This document shows positions 37,803-51,589 of a DNA stretch of 64,000 nucleotides, piece after piece; the stretch's first letter is position 1; the number at the start of each line of letters is the position of its first letter. The notes beneath the pieces were generated by a model that made no database searches, was not told where the DNA came from, and worked only from the letters and a program-made list of their open reading frames with translations. The stretch covers positions 1,097,767 through 1,161,766 of the forward strand of contig NW_003314323.1 of assembly GCF_000143415.4 (NCBI RefSeq), written 5' to 3'. The DNA comes from Selaginella moellendorffii. Taxonomy: Eukaryota > Plantae > Lycopodiophyta. Made by a program: the position numbers and the translations under genes.

Positions 37803-40509
37803 AACACAAATAGAAGTCATAAATGGCTTAACACTTGGTAAAGCTACTATAATTGATATAACATCTTTTGTGATTATACCTCCTATATTAAAAATTTCTA
37901 AAAACAAGTAGAGGATCAGTTGGCAAATTGGTTGAAATTTGATTTAGTTTATTCACTTTCTTACTATTTATAACTTACATTCTTTTGTAGGCTGTTAAAT
38001 GACAATAAACTAAAAGAATATGCATCACTTTTTCTTGTAAAAACTATAGGAACAATGACAATGATCTTAAACAAGATCAAGTTAATCGCTAAAGTAGAGG
38101 AATTTGTTGTAACATTCATACAAGTCATGCTTGGAAAATTTCATGGCTTTTACATTCTTCTAACATAGTTAGAGCAGCAACTTTATTTTGCCAATGGAAA
38201 TTTTGAGCTTTTTAGGGTTGGTCAATATGCATTTTTTGTTAGAAGATGATTTAAAGTTAATTTATATATTTACTAACATTCTCTATTTGTAGAAGAACTT
38301 ACCTTTTAGATTTGTCTCGGCATGTTGAGACATTGTGCTTGTTTTCTGAACATTTCCAAATTCCATGTTAACTGCCAACTTTTTTCTTGTTGTTGTTGAT
38401 TTTGTGTTTTTTTTTTTCTAGATTTTTGATTTATTGATAACTATTTTGCCCACTATAACTCATTGAAGGTGCCAATCTTTAAATATTTACATGCAATAGC
38501 TAGACTATTGATTGCCACTCAAGAATAGGGAATAATTGAATTTGCTCATGGCACCAACTAATATTCTGCCACATGGCTATCTATGCAACAAGCTCTTCCA
38601 AAAATATAGAAGTAAAAAGTCAGTGGAAGTATTAAATCTGTAGATAGAGATTTAAGGACTCAATAAGCCCCTCGATCAAACACACACGCAATTTCTAATT
38701 GTCAATCTCTCTATAATAGGATTCAAGAAACCCTACTCATAAGAAATATTTCCTAAGCTCACAAAATTTAATTAGGTTTATAACTATCCTTTAGTTGCTT
38801 CGATTTAGCAAGGTTAACTGAGGCTAAAAGGTGCTATGCCACATGGATTCTATTGTATGACTCCTAGGCAAGAATTTAACGAGCTGCAAGAGGAAAAAAC
38901 AAGGATTACTTGATGAAATTGCTCAAAGATGCTCTATTAACTGTGGAGCTATAATTAAATCTCTCCAAAAGCACTCTAAATCTCACTAAAAATAAAGTGC
39001 AATCTCACTAATACTCATAATCTCCTCACTACTCACTAAAATCAATCTAGAAACACTTTTAAACACTCTTAAACATTATTAATCACTTTAAAAAAGGAAT
39101 GATGCCTAGCCTAACCTTTCCCTGTCACTACCCTCCTTTTTATAGTTGGCTCTCCTCCTAATTTTCTCTAGATCTTTATTGTCCTCTAGTGTAGATTCCC
39201 CTCTCACGACTCCTAGGGAATATTTATGCATCTCCACATCACACTTTAGATACCACTCCAATCAAACATGATTTTGACTATTTTTAGGGTCTAAATGGCA
39301 TCGTTTAGCCTTGGTTTTGATAAAGACTCTACTGAATTGAAGTGGTCAGAGGATAGCTGCAAACCCATAAATTTGCAAATTAAGAATAAAATGCCATCTT
39401 TTCTTAAACTTTCAATGAGCAAGGTTTCTGGAATCCTACTATGGAAAGATTAATCGTTACAAATTGAATATATGTCTAACTGAAGGGCTTATTGGGTCTT
39501 TGGATCTTTGTCTAGAACTATAATACTCTTTGAATTTTATGTTTTTGCATTCTTGGAGGAGCTCACCATGCAACTAGACCCTAAACCCTATATGCCATAT
39601 CAATGAAACATGACTTCAACTATTTTGAGGGTTTATATGGCATAATTGTGCTTCCCTACCACCACCTAGGATGCAATGGAATTGCATTCTACTTCTTTGG
39701 GTCTTGCCCAAGTCAATACTTCTCTATTAATTCTCTTATGCTGATCTTTTGTGCTAACAAGTAATTATCCCTATTAGATCTCTAGGGCTTCATTGTAATT
39801 TCAATTATCCTTAGCAACAACTGAACCTTCAATGTCAATTTGTTAGTACCTCTTAAAACTTTCTCCACCATCTCTCCTTGACTTGAAGTAGAAGATTCCT
39901 GTAAGAATTTCCAAGCCCATCCTAGATTCCTTCTATTCCAACATCCTCTTGATGCTAGCTTTCCCTACCCCTATTTTTGCCACTTGCTCAGTAGGTGACC
40001 CCATTTTCTACATATATTCCTTGGTTGTCTTCCCAAGCCTGAATAATGCCTTTACACCTTCTCAGACATCCTTATCCTTACCTTCTGGCTTGTTGATAGT
40101 GTCTTTTGAGTCATCTCTTAGATTTAATTCCTCCTTAACAAACTCCTTAAATTCCTACCTAACTTCCTCTTTTCCTAATGCTTCCCTCTATGCCTCCTAG
40201 CAAGCTTTATAACTTATTTCTTGAGCTCTAAGGTCCTCATATATTGTTGTAAAGTCTTTTCTCGCAACTCCATTAAGGATCTAGCTTACTTGATTGCCTC
40301 AATTAGCTTCCCTATATTCATGGTTGTCCAAAACTTTATTAATTCTGGAAAATGGGACATCATATTTCTTTTACTTTCTATTCATCCATTTACATCTTTA
40401 GACAACAAATCCCTTCTTCTTTTCCTTTATTTCAAATTTAATCATACATGGATGACCAACATAAGGCATAGTCTAGCTCTTACTTGCATGTTTGTCCTTG
40501 TTTTATATC

Positions 40510-40963
40510 TGGCTTGGGTCTAGGCCTCAATTCCATACTATGTTAGCTGATGGAGTACTCATATCCTCGCATTAGGCTATTGGTATGTTAAAATAGCACT
40601 AGACTCCATTTGGCTTTATTTTGCATATTAATCCTGAAATTGAGATGCTAAGAGCTCTAAGACTACTCCAACATCACTCTGAGCTCCTGTCCTTTTGCTC
40701 CTTAGGTTGTATGTTTAAGAGTCATTTTCTACTTTTGTCCCTTCGCTCCTTGGGTTGTACACTTGGGCGTTATTCCATGCTTCAATTTCCTATGCTCCTT
40801 AGCTATATATTAGAGAGTTTGGCTTCATACCTTCATTCAGTGGCCCAAGACCTTGAACTTAGGTTTTGCTTTATTACCCTTGGCCCAAGTGTCCAAAGTT
40901 AAAGTTTCACTTCATGATTATCTTAAAACCATGGGGTAAAAGGTGAAAACCATGTGTACTATA
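40510..40963 (+). repeat. Inverted fragment of the family-C LTR
   Basis: Reverse complement of ~21021-21470 (e.g. tggagtactcatatcctc, gactccatttggct). Confidence 0.65.
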
Positions 40964-40999
40964 GATGTTAAGATATGAAATGCCTCAACCATAAATGTA

Positions 41000-42980
41000 A
41001 GACCATTATTTGAATGAATTCACTTTAGACAAAAATGTTGGAATACTATTCAATTAAGGAGGAAGTATCCAATAACAATCACAAATGCATTAGTAAGAGC
41101 TCTGACTTCCATACATCAAGTTTAGTCAAAAAAATAATGATATATTTATTACTAATAATTGACTATGGAAAAGGCCTCATCAAATCAAATGTTACTAGCT
41201 TAAATGAACTAGAAATTATAATTGATTTTCAACTATTCTTTTATAATATGAGGAAGAGTATTACAAACTTAGCACTTATTTATATACCAGATAACATTAT
41301 ATCACATTTTTAGCCAATAAAAAAACTTGCATAGCTTCTTAATTACATGACAATATCCTATATACCTACTAGAATAGGAGAGTAATGATAAATGTGGGGA
41401 AAATGTGGAATAAATATTAAAGACACCACCAATCACAAATAGTCATTAAAATCAATCCCCATTATATAAAGACAAAATGATATTGAGAATGTAAATGCCA
41501 AAATGACAAGTCATCAATAAGTAATATAAAATTCTCAAACCCTTATGAAGCCTTTGGATCCATGGCTTAACTTTTCAAGAGTCATAAACCTCATTAAAAG
41601 AAGATAAATATAGACACTAAATATCAAGTATAAAAACTACTTGTGGCACAAAATCCTCATTTAAAAATCCATTGATCCAAGAATAACAGATTTGTTAGGA
41701 ATATAAAAAAAGAGAAAAGAAGGGGGAGAAGTTTGATAAAGGGTATTAGCATCAATTATAAAACTTTCTAAACAATAAATGACTTCAAAGTTATATATCT
41801 GAAGCTTTAGAACTTACCAAGCAATATGACCAACTAAATTTTTTTGCTTTAATAATAAAATGAATGTGGTATGATCACCCTCTAGCAATTTAAGAGAACC
41901 ATGTAAGTATACATAAAGCTTCTTAAAACTTCAAATTACTGCTAGACACTCCTCTATCATAGAGTAATTAACCTTCACTAATTATAATGTATGGTTGATG
42001 TACACAATGGGATATTGCTGATTAGCACACTTGTACTCTTTTACATTAACACACTTTTAAGACCAATATCATAAGCATTCATGCGCAAGATGAAATGTTA
42101 AATATAGTCAAAATACACCAAAATTGTGAAAGTCATCAACACTTCTTTAAGATCTGTAAACGCCCCACTTGCAGTCCTTAAATTATATGAAAGATGATAT
42201 AGAAAATTTTAGTAATACTTGCAATAATGCAATACAATCAGAAAAATAATCAATAAAACAATCAAGATATTGCACATTGTTGATGATGTGTTGCACATCA
42301 TTGATACACTTGGAAGCCTCTTCATTAGAGTCTTCCTCATGTAGGGATTCATCATCCACAACTTAAGAGTCTGGTGGCAAAGTTCAGTCGTTTAAGACTC
42401 AATTGAATTCTTTAGAAGAACAATTGACTCAATGCGGTACCCAAGATAAATTGTGTTTCTAGACCTAAACATACACTTTGACCACTTTAGATTCAAATCA
42501 ACTTCCTACAACAATTCATCACCTTGTGAACATCATAGATATTCTCTTTCTATGTCCCTTCTGAATAGATCAAGACATCATCAATAAAATTAATAGTTAC
42601 ATCTAATATATCATAAAGAATTTCATCCATCAGCTTAAAAAGTCACTAGAGCATTGTTCAATTCAAACAATATCACCAAGAAACCAAATAGGGTACAAAA
42701 AGCAATCTTAGGAATGTTCTTCTTAGCCATCAACACTTGCTAGTACCCAAAAGGAAAATCCAATTTAGTGAACCAATCACTTTGCCCTAAATGATTTAGA
42801 AAATTGGCAATGTAGGGAAAAGGGTACATATTTAATATCATCACATTATTTAATATACAATAGTCAATACAAAAGTGAATAGTCCCATCAAGCTTTGTCA
42901 AAAGATGAAATTCACATACTTAAGAACTCCAAAACTTTCAAATAACACCTTTCTCCAATATCTTTTCAACATTTTCTCAA
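41000..42980 (-). pseudogene. Old, AT-eroded Ty3/gypsy pol remnant (RT, RNase H, integrase)
   Basis: Minus strand 42700-42960 gives DGTIHFCIDY..LN and YPFP.IANFLNHLGQSDWFTKLD-like RT motifs; many stops. Confidence 0.65.
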
Positions 42981-43279
42981 TGTAACGCATATGGTTTTTA
43001 CCCTTTACCCTATAGTGTTTTACTATAGGATACCAATGGAGCAAAACATTACCTTTGTACATGTGGGCCAAGGAAAGTAGAGTAGAATCTAATTTTTAAG
43101 GCCTTAAGCCACTAGATGAAGGTACAAAGCTAATTTCCCAAGTATATAACTAAAGAATAAAGGAACTGAAGCATGGTATAACTTCTAAACATACAGCCTA
43201 AAGCGTAAGGGACAAGAGTATGGTATGACATTGGAACAGTCCTAAAGAATCTAACATCCCATTGCTAGGACTAGCACAC

Positions 43280-46200
43280 TGTGAGACACAAATCTATGAG
43301 CATCAAAGTGGAGCCGAAAGGGTGCCATATAGTAGTAAATAAGCATAACACGTTTGGACTAAAAGCTCTTACTTGAAAAATTGAGAGCAAGAGTGGAACT
43401 CCCAATAGAGTGCTCAAGGAATGAGCATGAAGTAAGCAATAAATGAGTCTCTAGAAAAAGGATACAAGAGAACCAACACATGATATGAGATGGAGTTCGA
43501 TATAGAGTCTAAGATGGAGTCTGATATAGACCCAAGATGGAGTCCGATATGGAGTCCAAGATGGAGTTCGAGATAGACCCGAGATGGAGTCCAAGATGGA
43601 CCCGAGATAGAGTCCGAGATGGACCCAAGATGGAGTCCGAGATGGACTTGAGATGGAGTCCGAGATGAAGTCCACGATGGACCTGAGATGGAGCCTGAGA
43701 TGGAGTCCGAGATGGACCCTAGATGGAATCCGAGCCTGAGACTGAAATCGAAAACAAGACCGAGACCGAGATTGAGATCAAGTCTGAATTTGAGACCGAG
43801 TTTGACAAGCAAGGTAGCTTGGTGAAGTGTTCAAGAGCCAACTCTAGAGAGTTTCGGGAGATCAAAAAGTTGATACTCCCAATCCAAGTGTGGATGGCAC
43901 TACCTACTTGGATATTTAGCATGGCTCAACATACCTTGCTCTAACACCATGGCTAGGGCACCCAAAAGTGAAAGTTGGGGAGAGTACCTACAAGGTTTGT
44001 GTAGAGCCACAATGTTTCAAAATGTCATCCCAAAATCTTAGGCTATGGAAAGGAAGAGGAAGGGTCCTCTTGTGTAGAGACCAAGGATACGGTCCGTAGT
44101 GACGAAGTCCTAGAAGTCAATGGGACTTAATGATCGAGCCTCGGGCCCTGACCCAATGGTAGTGTTGGTGAGCACTGTCAGGGATAGAGAAGGACTTGGC
44201 AGGAACTGAAGAAAGGATATTGGGGAAAGGTGTTCCCCATGTCTTCAGGCATATTAAGGATGCTAAGGTGTGGTCATGGGATAACCACTTAGGGATGGAT
44301 GCCCCAGTCTTTGAGAGATGGGACTGTGATGCAAGTGGTCTTGGATTATAGATGTGACAAGGGTGAATGAGCATGGCTTTAGCGTAACAGGCTGCTATGT
44401 CGGTGGTACCTTTAAGTGTTGGTCATGGGATCAAACACGTGGAGCACTTGAACCAAATGCAAAGGCTAAGTGGCATAGTGTAAGACACAAATCCCTAAGC
44501 CCCAAAGTGGAGCCGAAAGGGTGCCACATGGTAGTGGCCGAAGCAAAAGCCAAACGAGTGTAACACATTTGGACTAAAATCTCTTACTCGAAAAGTTGAG
44601 AGCGGGAGTGGAACTCTCAACAAAGTGCTCGAGGAACGGGCATGAAGCAAGCAATAAGCGAGACTCTAAAAAGGGACCCAAAAATACCAACACATGACAC
44701 GTGGAGGAGTCTGAGATGGACTCAAGATGGACTCCAAGATGGAGTTCGAGATGGACCCGAGATGGAGTCCGAGATAGAGTCCAAAATGGACCCGAGATGG
44801 AGTCCGAGATGGAGTCTAAGATGGAGTCCAAGATGGACCCGAGATGGACTCGAGATGGAATCCGAAATGGAGTCTGAGATGGAGTCCGAGATGGACCCGA
44901 GATGGAGTTTGAGATGGAGTCCGAGATGGACTTGAGATGGACCCAAGATGGAGTTCAAGATGGAGTCCAAGATGGACCCAAGATGGACCCAAGATGGAGT
45001 CTAAGATGGAGTCCGAGATGGAACCGAGGCTGAAGCCAAGACTGAGATCGAGACTGAGACTAAGTCCAAGTCCGAAACCAAGACCAAGACCGAGTCCAAG
45101 TCCGAGTCTGAGTCCGAATACTAATACAGGCTATTGGATGAAAGCTCAAAGCGATCGTCCCCCGGGGTGCGGGGGAGGGGGGGGGCTGCAGAGGGTTCCA
45201 AAAGTATATTAGGGAGAGTGTGGGGGTTGGAGCCCAATGGAGCCAATTTGGCCAGGAAAGGCTAGTTTGGCCCAAAAAAGCTGTACCCAGGTGTTAGGTG
45301 ATGAGCTGACCACTGGGAAGTCCAAGACTAGAGTGAATACAAACTGACAAGTGGGGTAGCTTGGTGAAGTATTCAAGAGCCGACTTTAGTTCCCCCGGGA
45401 GATCAAATGGTCGATGCTCCCAGTCCAAGTGTGGGTGGCACTACATACTTGGATACCTGGCATAGCTCAATGGAACCTCGCTCTAAGCCCATAGCTAGAG
45501 CACCCAAAGGTGGAAGGCAGGGAGAGTACCCATGAGGCTCGCGTAGGGCCACGATGTTCTGAACCGTTATCCCAAAGTCCCAGACTGTGGAAAAGAAGAG
45601 GAGCAGTCCTCTAGTGTAGTGACCAAGGATACGGTCATGTGGTGACGAAGTCCCAGAGGACCGTGGGGCTTAGTGGTCAAGCCTGTGGGCCTTGATCCAA
45701 TGGCAATGTTGGTGAACACGGCCATGGACGGAAAGGGACTTGGTGGGGACCCGAAAAGGGATATTAGGGAAAGTTATTCCTCATGTTTGTGGGCATCCTA
45801 AGGATGCTAAGGAGTGGATCTGGGATGATCACTCATAGATGGTTGACCCAGTCTTTGAGAGACGGGACTGTGATGCAGGTGGTATTAGACCACCTGTGTG
45901 TCCAAGGTGACGGGGCATGGCCTTAGCGTAACAGGCTGATATATCAGTGGTACCTTGGGGTGTTAGTCATGGGATCGGACACATGGAGCACTTAGACCAA
46001 GTGCAAAGGTTAAGTGGCATAAATGTCATTCTTGGCGATAACAAGTCCTAAGTTCGGAATAGGACTTATGGAGGTTATGAGTGAGACTCCTCCAAGTGGT
46101 CGGAGGTGTGGTTAAGTGACTAAAGTAGAATGGAAAAATTAGTCACTTACACATAGATGGTCTTTACGGGGCTAGCATATCCTTAAGTCCTAAATAGGGT

Positions 46201-46325
46201 ATTTACAGGGCTAACATATCCTTAAGTCTTAAATAAGACTTATGAAGATTGTGAGTGAAACTCCTTCAAATGGTCAAAAGTGTGGTTAAGTGATTAAAGT
46301 ATAATGGAAAATTTAGTTGCTTACA
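43280..46325 (+). mobile_element. Older family-A solo LTR, split by a younger one
   Basis: tgtgagacac start and ttgcttaca end; degenerate TSD CACAC/TATGC (host homolog near 21350 reads CATGC). Confidence 0.8.
44479..46151 (+). mobile_element. Younger family-A solo LTR nested in the older A solo LTR
   Basis: tgtaagacacaaatccc...agtcacttaca; perfect TSD CATAG at 44474-44478 and 46152-46156. Confidence 0.92.
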
Positions 46326-49300
46326 TATGCAAAATGGAGCTAAACAAAGTGTGGCATTATTTTAGTATATTGGTGGCCTAACATGAGGATATGGGTATTC
46401 CACTAACTAGCATGGTATGGAGCTTAGGCTTAACCTAAATGGATACCAAAAAAAAAAAAAAAAGTAAAAATCTATACCAAGTTGAAACACCCCCACCCAT
46501 AACCCCCCCCCTTGTTAGTCCTAGTAGCTAAATCATAAAAACTTATTAAATATGAAATGTTATTAGATTGCGAATTTAGACACAAGAATAACACTATTGT
46601 GCTCAAGACAATCTTTACATTCCATAAATATGTTTAACTGATAAATTTAGACACTTTCCATAAAGAGCCAATGGGACTAAATGAAACCAACATATAATGA
46701 ATGATAATGAGAGTATATTTGTAGACACAATAAACTATCACTTAGTGAGTATTGAGGGACTAAACTCAATATTGCAAAGGTTTTTGTTAAGCTAGTGCAA
46801 GACATAGCAAAATAAAACTAATAAACCAGACTAAATATGCTTGATTAAATAAACACTTAGGAATTTCCTTCCTTATGCTCGTTTGATACTAAATCTAATT
46901 TACTAGCACTTGAACAAGACAAATTGATAAATGGAGTCAAATAGAGTTTGGCACTATTTTAGCATACTAATGGCTTAACACAAGGATATAAATGTTCCAT
47001 CAATTAACATGGTATGGAACTTAGGCTTAAACTCACCCCCAAAGAATGCACACTTTTGGTTTTCACCCCACCTCTAGAAGTTAGTCTCTAGGATAATCAC
47101 AAAAATTTATTAAAATTAGAATGGTGCTAAATTGTGAATTTGGACACGAGAATAACAATATTATGTTTAAGACAATCTTTACATTCTGTAAATATGTTTA
47201 ATTAGCAAATCTAGACACTTTCTTTAAGTAGTCAATGGGACTAAACGGAACCAACATATGGGGAATGATAACGAGAATGTTTTGGTGGACATAGTATTAA
47301 CAAGTATTAAAAAACCAAACTCAATATTGTACAATTTTGTCAAGCCAATGCAAAACAAAGCAAAAGAAAACTAACAAACCAGGCTAAGTATGCTTCGTTA
47401 AATAAACATTTAGAAATTCCTTCTTTATGCTCGTTTAGTATAAATGTTAAGTTCAGTTTACTAACACTTGAACAAAAGAAACTGATAAAGAGTTTAGTAA
47501 TACCAATCTCTTGTTGTTGTGGTAGTAAAAGAAGAATATTTGAAAGGACTTGTTGATAAGTAATTTTCGACACCCACAATCATATTTGCGACATTGTAAA
47601 ATCTTGATCTCGTTTAATGACCAATGCTAAACAAGAACCTTGATCAGATGAATAAGACCCTAATTAGAATAAGATGACATATTGCAATATTAGCCCCAAA
47701 TAACAAGTAAAAGTGGAGGAGATTAATATACTTTTACTTGAATTAGTCCATTACCATAGCATAAAGATTGTATAAAGGATCTAGAGAAGGAAATGAACAA
47801 AAAGTAAATATAGTAGGAAATAATAGTGAAACAAAAGTGATAGAAATAAAACTAAAATCAAAAGGATAAAATAGAACAAAAGTAAGATAGAAGAAATACG
47901 AAGGAGTATAAAAAAAAGGGGAAAAACTTCAAAGTTAAATTTAACATGATTACACTACAACTAATTTATATTAAGGATGAGATCAAAAGTTTGACTTAGC
48001 ACCACACACAACAACTAGAACTCAAACTCAAAATCACCTACACACATAACTAAATCTACTTTATCCCACGTACACACATATATATCAACTAACATAAAGA
48101 AGATAATAGTGAATCTTTTATTATAAACCAAGCTTGAATTAGTGTTTAGTGACCCTTCGATAGTATTCTTGAAAGAAGGATGGAGGGGTTATTGATTTAT
48201 TCATGCAAGGTCCCTCCATTACTTATATGGCTCTTTGTTTCTTAAGAAAATTTAAGGGTCAAAACCTTCTATCGGCACTAATAAAACATTGTTGACACTA
48301 AGGTCTCCACTTAGAAAATGGAAAATGCTAATCTAGGAAATGCCAACAATGATAATACATATAGTTAACTTCATCACATGCACAACAGTAAACATCATGG
48401 CTATAACATAGTTGTCATTCTTATTCTTGAAGTTATCAACACGTTCAAATGCACACTTGAATATATTTGAAAGAAGGCTCCAATCTACACAAGTGACATG
48501 TTGAAAGCATTATACCGCTACAACATTGTCCCTTTGAGACATATGAGGAACCCATATGTTGGGTCTCATCCTAAGAATGATAATTGGTAACCATTGTAAA
48601 ATGATTAAATCTATAGTACACATGATCTTTAGAATTTCCATGGAAAAAATCTAGCCAGATATGAGGATTGGCAGCAAGAGCAAGAGGAGCTACACCATGT
48701 GTCATAAACACTAATATCAACTGAGGTAATTGGCTAACTATAGCTGTATAGTATCAAACAACTGCACCAATTACTACTTTAGAATCAAAGAAGGAGTATA
48801 CTATTCTGCCATAAAGATTAATAAAAAATGAAAATGAAAAAAAAGAAAAGAAATAAGAACAAGAGAAAAGAAAAGTTATAAGAACAAGAGAGATTTAGAT
48901 AATGCAAAACCTATATCTAAACAAAAAGGACAAATAAAGCATTTTTTAGGGACAATTAGAGTTACACTAATGTGAGTGTATGAAATATAGAAGTGGAATT
49001 TAAAAATATGGATATTTAATTACTTGCCACCCCTGTTGGATTCTTGTTAGGATTTTTCTTTTTGTCATAGCTTTTGTTTATCACAAATCATTGTTAGGCA
49101 CCAAGTCAGGATAATAGAATAAAGAAAAGGCCTTGCAATTGAATAATCACCCCTTTAGCCAATTGGTTTAGGGTGTAAAGCATAAAATCTTAACAAGAAC
49201 CATAATAACTAAAAAATGGCTTAAGTATGATCAATTATTCCCTAACGAGGGGAAGATTGTTAGGCACCATGAATGCCAGTGGCGTGCATTTAAATAAATC

Positions 49301-49419
49301 CTTCTAGTGGACACAACCAGTGAGTCCATATTCTGGAAAAAGCTGGAAGAGACCACACAAAATAGTATTCAATTTTAATCAAATGGATTGTAGTGAAAGA
49401 AAAGTAAAACAACAAAAAC

Positions 49420-49685
49420 TTAACTTGAAACAAGCGTCTCTTTTCTTTCTAAATCGTCATCGCAAGCATTTACAAAGCTTTGGAACGTTGGAGAAATCCC
49501 GGGACTCTTTTCCTCGAGCTGGATCACCATGTCCAATCCTTCCACCCATCGATTTCTTCTGTAAGCCTTGGCGATCTCTTCCGCCACCACCGGCGATGCC
49601 AGACTCGTCTCCCTGGCTAGCATCTCCCCCACACAGCGCTGGAGCTCGTCGAGACGATCCAGCCGGGAGTATCCAACGAGGGGGA
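49420..49685 (-). pseudogene. GC-rich 3' fragment of an unidentified coding sequence
   Basis: GC-rich island in AT-rich DNA with a protein-like frame (RLDRLDELQRCVGEMLARE...KAYRRNRW...DDDLERKETLVSS*); no convincing start. Confidence 0.35.
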
Positions 49686-50089
49686 TGGTCCAAAGTTGAG
49701 TTGAGCTCATGAGTTGAGCTCAATTCAGCTCAAGTCAATGCTAGTCAACATAGTCAACCATAAGTTTTATAAGGAAATATTAAGTCAGAAAAATGTTATT
49801 CTTTGGTGAACTTGAAATTTATGAGTTTAAGTATCAATGGTTCAGAGAGATTTTTATTTTTTGAATCTTTCTAATGCAGTTTATACAATTTCTAGAATTA
49901 GAAGTTCGTCTGAACCCATAGAAATTTTTGGGCTTTATTGGTCCCAAATAAAATGGGAATATTGAAGTTCGAATGAACCGGAAAATTTCTATTGTCCATT
50001 TCAACATTTTAACATTTCAACAATTGACCAGAAATATATAAATAATTCGAAACACTGATTCACTCGTTCATTCTTTAGGGTTTACAGAG

Positions 50090-50335
50090 ATGGGAAGTAA
50101 GGAAGACAAAAAATCTGTAAGTAGTTCTAGCATACAGAAATGTGAGAATGTGAATTTTGTTTCACTACCACAATCTCCATATTACACGCCTGGTCCTTAT
50201 TACCCATTCGGGAATGTGGAGACCACTGTCACTATTGATAAAAATGCTCCTGTTACTTCCGAAACAACAATCCAGAGCAAGAGAAAAGAAGAAATGGATA
50301 GCACAGCGGAAAGCACTAATAAATCCACTCTATAA
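50090..50335 (+). CDS. Small hypothetical protein (81 aa)
   Basis: ATG-initiated ORF in AT-rich surroundings, co-oriented with the two zinc-finger ORFs; no recognisable motif. Confidence 0.3.
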   Translation: MGSKEDKKSVSSSSIQKCENVNFVSLPQSPYYTPGPYYPFGNVETTVTIDKNAPVTSETTIQSKRKEEMDSTAESTNKSTL

Positions 50336-50776
50336 ACCTTTCAATGGCTTTTGTAATCCACTAAAATATTATAAAAAAATGTAAGTTTTTTATATATATC
50401 TTATTCCTTTTGATATGTTTTGTCTTTGCAAAGATATATGATGTAGACAAATCAAAGAATTAAATCTATATATGATTTTGGGATTGAAAGGTAATCTTGT
50501 AAAAAGGCATACTCGCGTGCTTGTGTATATTCGCTATTATTATATATGGCAGGCCAACTATATAAAATAAGGCTACATATTAATTATATGCTAGTTTTTA
50601 GCTTCTGAAACCCTATAGCCACTTGTTTCTCATAGTAGGTTGTAATTACTAAGACTGACAATTATCATTCACTATAGTGTCATGTCATAATAAAACATCA
50701 TTCCCAAGATTGAAATATAGTATATTAATGAGAGAATTTTTATTGCTAGGAAGTTTAATTCTTCTTGTGTGTTGCA

Positions 50777-51331
50777 ATGGTTAGGAAGAAGTTTACTTTT
50801 GGTCCCGAAAGCCTCTCATATGAGTCTCCACCTCCATCTCCAATCTCAACCAATAATCCACCTTCACCTCTACGCAACAATCCTCCTTTTCATTTTGAGG
50901 GCTGTTGTGAGGCTCTTCCATTTGCGACCTCGAGTGCAACTGAACAAAAACTCCTTCCTTATGATGTTGTTAAAAAAGTTAGATTGCCTCCAATGCTTCA
51001 AGAGCGATGTCAATATTTTCTTCAAGATCTTGCTCCAGATATGGCAGGGGAGCTTAATGTAGATACATATTATCTTCAGTGTCCTATATGCAACTTTTAT
51101 TTAAACAAGACAGATGGTTGCATGGGTTTGGTAAATTTTATTGAGCATTGTCGCAAATGCCCAAGAGCAGGTTTAGAAGGTGTGCACGCATGGATGTATA
51201 AGAAAATCAAGAAAGAATTAAAAACACACAGCTATTATGATTTCATGGTGGAGAACAATATTCCATTGGTGAACACTGCATCAGTAAGTGCTGAATATGG
51301 GATATTTAGGCCACCCTTTAATGTAATGTGA
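50777..51331 (+). CDS. Zinc-finger protein, zf-XS (SGS3-type)-like, paralog 1 (likely ATG at 50777)
   Basis: Intact ORF; YYLQCPICNFYLNKTDGCMGLVNFIEHCRKCPRAGLEGVHAWMYKKIKKEL; conserved in paralog 2. Confidence 0.7.
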   Translation: MVRKKFTFGPESLSYESPPPSPISTNNPPSPLRNNPPFHFEGCCEALPFATSSATEQKLLPYDVVKKVRLPPMLQERCQYFLQDLAPDMAGELNVDTYYLQCPICNFYLNKTDGCMGLVNFIEHCRKCPRAGLEGVHAWMYKKIKKELKTHSYYDFMVENNIPLVNTASVSAEYGIFRPPFNVM

Positions 51332-51589
51332 AAGTCATGCATAGTTTTTTCAAAAGGTTAATTCTTTATGAGTAAAGTGGAGAATCTTATATTTTCGAGA
51401 ATGATATTATTCTAGCATGTATAAAGATATTATTATATATACAAGTGGTTCTGACACTGTTATAATTCTGAAGTCCCATTTTTGAGACTGACAATTTAAA
51501 CTTTCAAGAACCCCTAGATCTTTTCTTAGTATAAATACCAACAAGGGATGCTTTCAACATTGAAATTTCAGTTTGTTTAGAGTGTAGGA

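Larger units (their letters stand above)
42981..47593 (-). repeat. Family-C LTR sequence (with internal partial duplication) hosting nested A solo LTRs
   Basis: Starts tgtaacgcatatggtttttaccc (cf. 21021), ends atttgcgaca (cf. 18144); 46326-46930 and 46930-47480 are homologous; no clear TSD. Confidence 0.6.
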
